From: Octopus bimaculoides
Lineage: Eukaryota
Direction: 5' to 3'
DNA: 53,647 nt
NCBI RefSeq assembly: GCF_001194135.2
Contig: NC_068987.1
Span: 19,691,810 to 19,745,456 of the forward strand
Shown here: in pieces, positions 48,426-53,647 of the stretch
How positions within the stretch are numbered: the stretch's first letter is position 1
Layout of the letters: each line of letters begins with the position of its first letter
The notes under the pieces: model-generated
What the model was told of the DNA's origin: nothing
Database searches by the model: none
Seen by the model: only the letters and a program-made list of their open reading frames with translations
Program-made: the position numbers and the translations under genes

Positions 48426-49469
48426 CACTTATTGATATGCAGATATTTTTTTTTTTACAGTTTAGCCAGAGGAAGAAAGGGAAGCCTCAATGAAGTTTTG
48501 TAAAGGCTTCCGAGATTGACGGGAGGGAGGGAGGGGAGAAGGAAATAATACAAAAATAATAATGATAAAAACAAAACAAACGTTCTCAGATTGCTACAGC
48601 AGAAGACTGCATACTGAACGATCTTCAGAACAGAGACCCCAGTCCAAATACTTGCAATAGAACAGCTTTTGCTAGGAATGCACAATGGAGGAGGGGAGAC
48701 AGTGATATCATAGAATGTGTTATTACAGATGCCTGATACCTTAGCTGTGTTCTACAATAAGCTTAATATATACTCTGCATTTTAATTAGTAAATTGCTGG
48801 CACTGAAGCATTTCCAGATTCTGCAAAGGAACTCCACAACAAAGGGCTTCAGTAAGCAGTTGAATGATGCAGAGCAATGTAGACATTTCTGGTGACATTT
48901 ATGATAATTAGAATAAATTATGTTAATAAGGAAACAGAGTATAGTTAATTATGACAAAATTCTATCAAAGTTGAGACTTTTAAATGATTATTCAACATGA
49001 TAGATACAACAGCTAAATCTTCCTTGAATAACGAAAAGACATTTGGTAATGTAGTTTTGGATACCCCCATGAGATGGACATTGTTGGAATGCATCTGATC
49101 ATTCGTCTACTCAATCAAAGTTACTTAGGGTTAAACAGTAAGAACTGCAGTACAAAAAATTAAATTTACATTGTTTAAAACGCTTAAGTTGGAAAAAGAA
49201 TTCTTTATATCTGGATGGTCAGGGGTGGGATTTGAACTCATAACAAAAGTCTGACATTTGACCGCTCATGTCACTTCACTTCTTTTAACTGATAAACATT
49301 GGATCGTATTTGATTCGTGTATCAAGTTTTGGAAATTGCAAGAGAAAAATGATATGGTAAGGGAAGTAACTGTTGTCAGTACTATTATGTTTGATAAATG
49401 AATTGAATTTGAAATTCATCACTATCATACACAAATATCTGCATATACTCCTACACATACACTCTAACG

Positions 49470-49598
49470 TATACACATATATAAACACTCATATATCAAT
49501 ATAAATACATATCTATATACATGCACACATATACAAACATATATACAAACACACACACACACACATATATAAACACACACACACACACACATATATAA

Positions 49599-49629
<31 letters not shown>

Positions 49630-50850
49630 AACACACACACACACACACATATATAAACACANNNNNNNNNNNNNNNNNNNNNNNNNNNNNNNNNNNNNNN
49701 NNNNNNNNNNNNNNNNNNNNNNNNNNNNNNNNNNNNNNNNNNNNNNNNNNNNNNNNNNNNNNNNNNNNNNNNNNNNNNNNNNNNNNNNNNNNNNNNNNNN
49801 NNNNNNNNNNNNNNNNNNNNNNNNNNNNNNNNNNNNNNNNNNNNNNNNNNNNNNNNNNNNNNNNNNNNNNNNNNNNNNNNNNNNNNNNNNNNNNNNNNNN
49901 NNNNNNNNNNNNNNNNNNNNNNNNNNNNNNNNNNNNNNNNNNNNNNNNNNNNNNNNNNNNNNNNNNNNNNNNNNNNNNNNNNNNNNNNNNNNNNNNNNNN
50001 NNNNNNNNNNNNNNNNNNNNNNNNNNNNNNNNNNNNNNNNNNNNNNNNNNNNNNNNNNNNNNNNNNNNNNNNNNNNNNNNNNNNNNNNNNNNNNNNNNNN
50101 NNNNNNNNNNNNNNNNNNNNNNNNNNNNNNNNNNNNNNNNNNNNNNNNNNNNNNNNNNNNNNNNNNNNNNNNNNNNNNNNNNNNNNNNNNNNNNNNNNNN
50201 NNNNNNNNNNNNNNNNNNNNNNNNNNNNNNNNNNNNNNNNNNNNNNNNNNNNNNNNNNNNNNNNNNNNNNNNNNNNNNNNNNNNNNNNNNNNNNNNNNNN
50301 NNNNNNNNNNNNNNNNNNNNNNNNNNNNNNNNNNNNNNNNNNNNNNNNNNNNNNNNNNNNNNNNNNNNNNNNNNNNNNNNNNNNNNNNNNNNNNNNNNNN
50401 NNNNNNNNNNNNNNNNNNNNNNNNNNNNNNNNNNNNNNNNNNNNNNNNNNNNNNNNNNNNNNNNNNNNNNNNNNNNNNNNNNNNNNNNNNNNNNNNNNNN
50501 NNNNNNNNNNNNNNNNNNNNNNNNNNNNNNNNNNNNNNNNNNNNNNNNNNNNNNNNNNNNNNNNNNNNNNNNNNNNNNNNNNNNNNNNNNNNNNNNNNNN
50601 NNNNNNNNNNNNNNNNNNNNNNNNNNNNNNNNNNNNNNNNNNNNNNNNNNNNNTATATATATACAGACACACAAACATATGCATACAGACACACAAACAT
50701 ATACATATAGACACAAATATATACATGCAGACACAAACATATACATGCAGACACACAAACATATACATGCAGACACACAAACATATACATATAGACACAA
50801 ATATATACATACAGACACACAAACATATACGCATACATACGCACACCGTA
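49470..50850. repeat. Compound CA/TA minisatellite spanning a 1-kb gap
   Basis: ATATATAAAC(AC)n units on the left and ATACATGCAGACACACAAACAT-like units on the right. Confidence 0.85.
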
Positions 50851-51567
50851 TGCATATATTAAATAGATAAAAAGCATCAAAAATTCATTGAAGTAGTCAT
50901 GATATATACAAAAACACATACACAAAAAAAAAATTCTTCAAAAAGAAACATCTTTCAAATGCTACACCAGACAATGGTAATAAATTTTGCATACAGCAAA
51001 CCTCATATATGAAAGTATCACACCTACAACACCTCACTGTCCTTAACTCATTAACAATTACACAATTAAAACATTTAACAAGCTTTAACAAACTTTCAGC
51101 CTCACAAGCTCACACTTTTCACTGTAACCACTCAAGCATAACATCGTTAAAACTGCAATATCAAAGGATGTTGGCTTTTTTCATTCTCTTTGCTGCTTTA
51201 CAACTAAAAAGAAATTCTATCAACAAGGAACAATAATTGACCTGCTTCTATATGGCACAAATGTTGGAACTGCACCGAAATATTGCTTGCATAAACTGGG
51301 ACAAAGAAACTGCTGCATATACGCACAAAAGAAACATGCATTTCAGATGATTAAAAAAATAAAGTAGGAAAATAAAATCAGCTATTAACATTTTTAAGGC
51401 AAATTCAGGGTAGTGTAAAAGGAAGAAGATGGAGGAGGGGGAAGAGGAGGAGGAATAAGTGACACAAGGCCTTTGCAGTCCCTCCCTAAATTGCAGTTGA
51501 TGTTCACTTTGAATGCCTGTAGGTCACTGTCAGTACAAGATTATTTTTTTTTAAATTCAAAAAAATC

Positions 51568-51935
51568 ATGGCTGTGTGGTAAGAACTTTGCTCCCTAACT
51601 ACATAGTTCTGGGTTCAGTCCCACTGCACAGCACCTTGAACAAGTATTGTTTTCTACTATGGCCTCAGGATGACCAAATCCTTGAGAATGGATTTGGTAG
51701 ACTGAGCCTGAAAGAAGCCCATTGTGTGTGTGTGTGTGTGCGCGCGCGCGAGTGAATGATAGTGTGCGAGTGTTCTCACTGCTTGACAACTGGTGTTGGT
51801 TTCTCTATGTTCCTGTAACTTAAGCATTCACCAAAAGAGACTGACAAAATGAGTACCAGACTTAAAAAAATAAGTACTGGGGTTGATTTTTTCTCTCTAA
51901 AACCCTTTGAGACAGTTACCCAGCCTGGCAACAGT
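51568..51935 (+). mobile_element. SINE B
   Basis: Head GGCTGTGTGGTAAGAAC..GGGTTCAGTCCC through tail CCCAGCCTGGCAACAG. Confidence 0.88.
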
Positions 51936-52084
51936 ATGCTCTTATACCTCATCACCGTCTTTTTTTCCGGCTAGTCCCACCCAACCTTATATAATGTTGG
52001 GTATCTCTAGACACATGTACCTGTTTATCATACTTTTGCCTTTCAACACCTGGCATAGATCCACCTCCCTCTCCATTACAAGTG

Positions 52085-52318
52085 AACTCAATTGAAGATC
52101 TCTTCTTTGTCTTGCAAATTACTTGACAGCTTACTAGAGCTGGTGTCACAAAAATGCACCCAGTACACTCTGAAAAGCAACTGGCATTGGGAAAGGTATC
52201 CAGTTGTAGAAACCATACCAAAACAGACATTGGAGCTCGACACATTCCTCCAGTTTATTGGATCCTGTCAAACCATCCAACCCATACCAGTATGGAAGAC
52301 AGATGTTAAACGATGATA
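52085..52318 (+). mobile_element. Family C fragment, plus orientation
   Basis: Ends CCATACCAGTATGGAAGACAGATGTTAAACGATGAT. Confidence 0.7.
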
Positions 52319-52830
52319 TAGATAGATAGATAGATAGATAGATAGACAGATAAGTGACAGCATATTCATGTTAATGAGATTAACCTTACTAGATCAACTC
52401 ACTCATTATCTTTTTCATAAGGGGAGACTTAATTTCGATGGATATTCTATCAAGATTCATTCTTAGAATATTGAGAAGTGAGATTCGTTTTAACCTCCCT
52501 AGCAATGTTAAATAGGATTAAGGATTGCATTGAATAAAAAAAATTAATAGGTTATCAATCTGGCAGAATCAGCAATGACAATAAATGTGTAACACTCGTA
52601 CACTTAACACATGGGTAGTCAACATACACAAAAGAGACCTCACCACCACCACCATGAGCCAATGAAAGTGTATGGGAGATGAGGTTGAAAATGGTTAGAG
52701 GTCAATGAAGAGGTCAAAATTCTTGGGACTGACAAAGTCCAAAGGTTGGAAATGTTGAATAACATAATCCATGCCTACACAATGCAGGAAAACTGAGCTT
52801 TCCCATGTCATTCATGAAGGTAAGAGTATA

Positions 52831-53298
52831 TATTTCTTTATTGCCCACAAGGGGTTAAACACAGGGGACAAACAAGGACAGACAAAGGGATTAAGTCGAT
52901 TACATCAACCCCAGTGCGTAACTGGTACTTTATTTATCGACCCCGAAAGGATGAAATGCAAAGTCGACCTCGGCGGAATTTGAACTCAGAACATAACGGC
53001 AGATGAAATACCGCTAAGCATTTCACCCGGCGTGCTAACGTTTATGCCAGCTCGTCGCCTTTCTTATATTTCTTTATTGCCCGCAAGGGGCTAAACATAG
53101 AGGGGACAAACAAGGACAGACAAAGGGATGAAGTCGATTACATCGACCCCAGTGCGTAACTGGTACTTCATTTATCGACCCCGAAAGGATGAAAGGTAAA
53201 GTCGACCTCGGCGGAAATTGAACACAGAACCTAACGGCAGACGAAATACCGCTAAGCATTTCGCACGGCGTGCTAACGTTTCTGCCAGCTCGCCGCCT
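52831..53298 (-). mobile_element. Head-to-tail dimer of young SINE A (second tail type) inside one 15-bp TSD
   Basis: TSD GAAGGTAAGAGTATA at 52816-52830 and 53299-53313; two units of about 230 nt. Confidence 0.92.
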
Positions 53299-53647
53299 GA
53301 AGGTAAGAGTATAGCAGATTACCATAGAATTTTAGCGAATTTTATGATCAGCGGGGCTCAATGAAAGTTCTGTAAATCTGTCATAAGGGTTGACAGATTC
53401 ACAAATATGGGAACTCCAAATTCAAAGCTTGGCCCATTGCATTACAAGTACAGTCAATGTGAGGTGTTCCTGCTTAGTTTCCAACTGCCCACTTACAAAG
53501 CTTGGGTCAATCTGGGACTACAGTAAAATAAATGATGATGCATTTCAAGATCCACTGTTACAAAAAGGAATTACTTCACATTCTCTCAAAAGTTTATAAA
53601 TTCTTATGCTGTCAACAACATGTGTGTGTGTGTATATATATATATAT

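Noticed and set aside
48471-48515. Plus-strand acceptor and LARGRKGSL peptide resembling a PKC pseudosubstrate; adjacent (GGGA)n G4 motif at 48521-48536
   Set aside because: The frame closes within a few codons and there is no other kinase sequence; the G4 is a common microsatellite.

Overview
AT-rich, microsatellite-dense, gapped eukaryotic genomic DNA. The repeat families suggest a cephalopod (Octopus-like) draft assembly; this is inference, not a database match. I could not recognise any protein-coding gene with confidence: the long ORFs in the track are N-gaps, simple repeats or repeat fragments. The window is dominated by tRNA-derived SINEs (working labels A, B, E, F), an RTE-tailed element (C), an unclassified dispersed repeat (D), several MITEs (hAT-, piggyBac-, Kolobok- and Helentron-like) and decayed LINE relics. 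Unique, CpG-retaining islands at about 7.0-7.3, 12.9-15.3, 27-34.8 and 45.7-47.5 kb contain a TATA+Inr promoter and several good minus-strand splice sites. These fit one or more long-intron minus-strand genes with UTR, alternative first or micro exons, but no product can be named. The best structural leads are a decayed minimal type I hammerhead ribozyme motif (39404-39470), a SINE dimer with a single 15-bp TSD, head-to-tail and nested SINE arrays, a SINE-derived 165-bp satellite, and a G-rich/C-rich strand switch that could fold back. N gaps lie at 4552-4730, 7326-7499, 13684-13693, 15568-15891, 17271-17280, 20321-20330, 29154-29991, 39902-40165 and 49662-50653. Boundaries of old repeats are approximate. 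I see no clearly supported novel multi-gene system.
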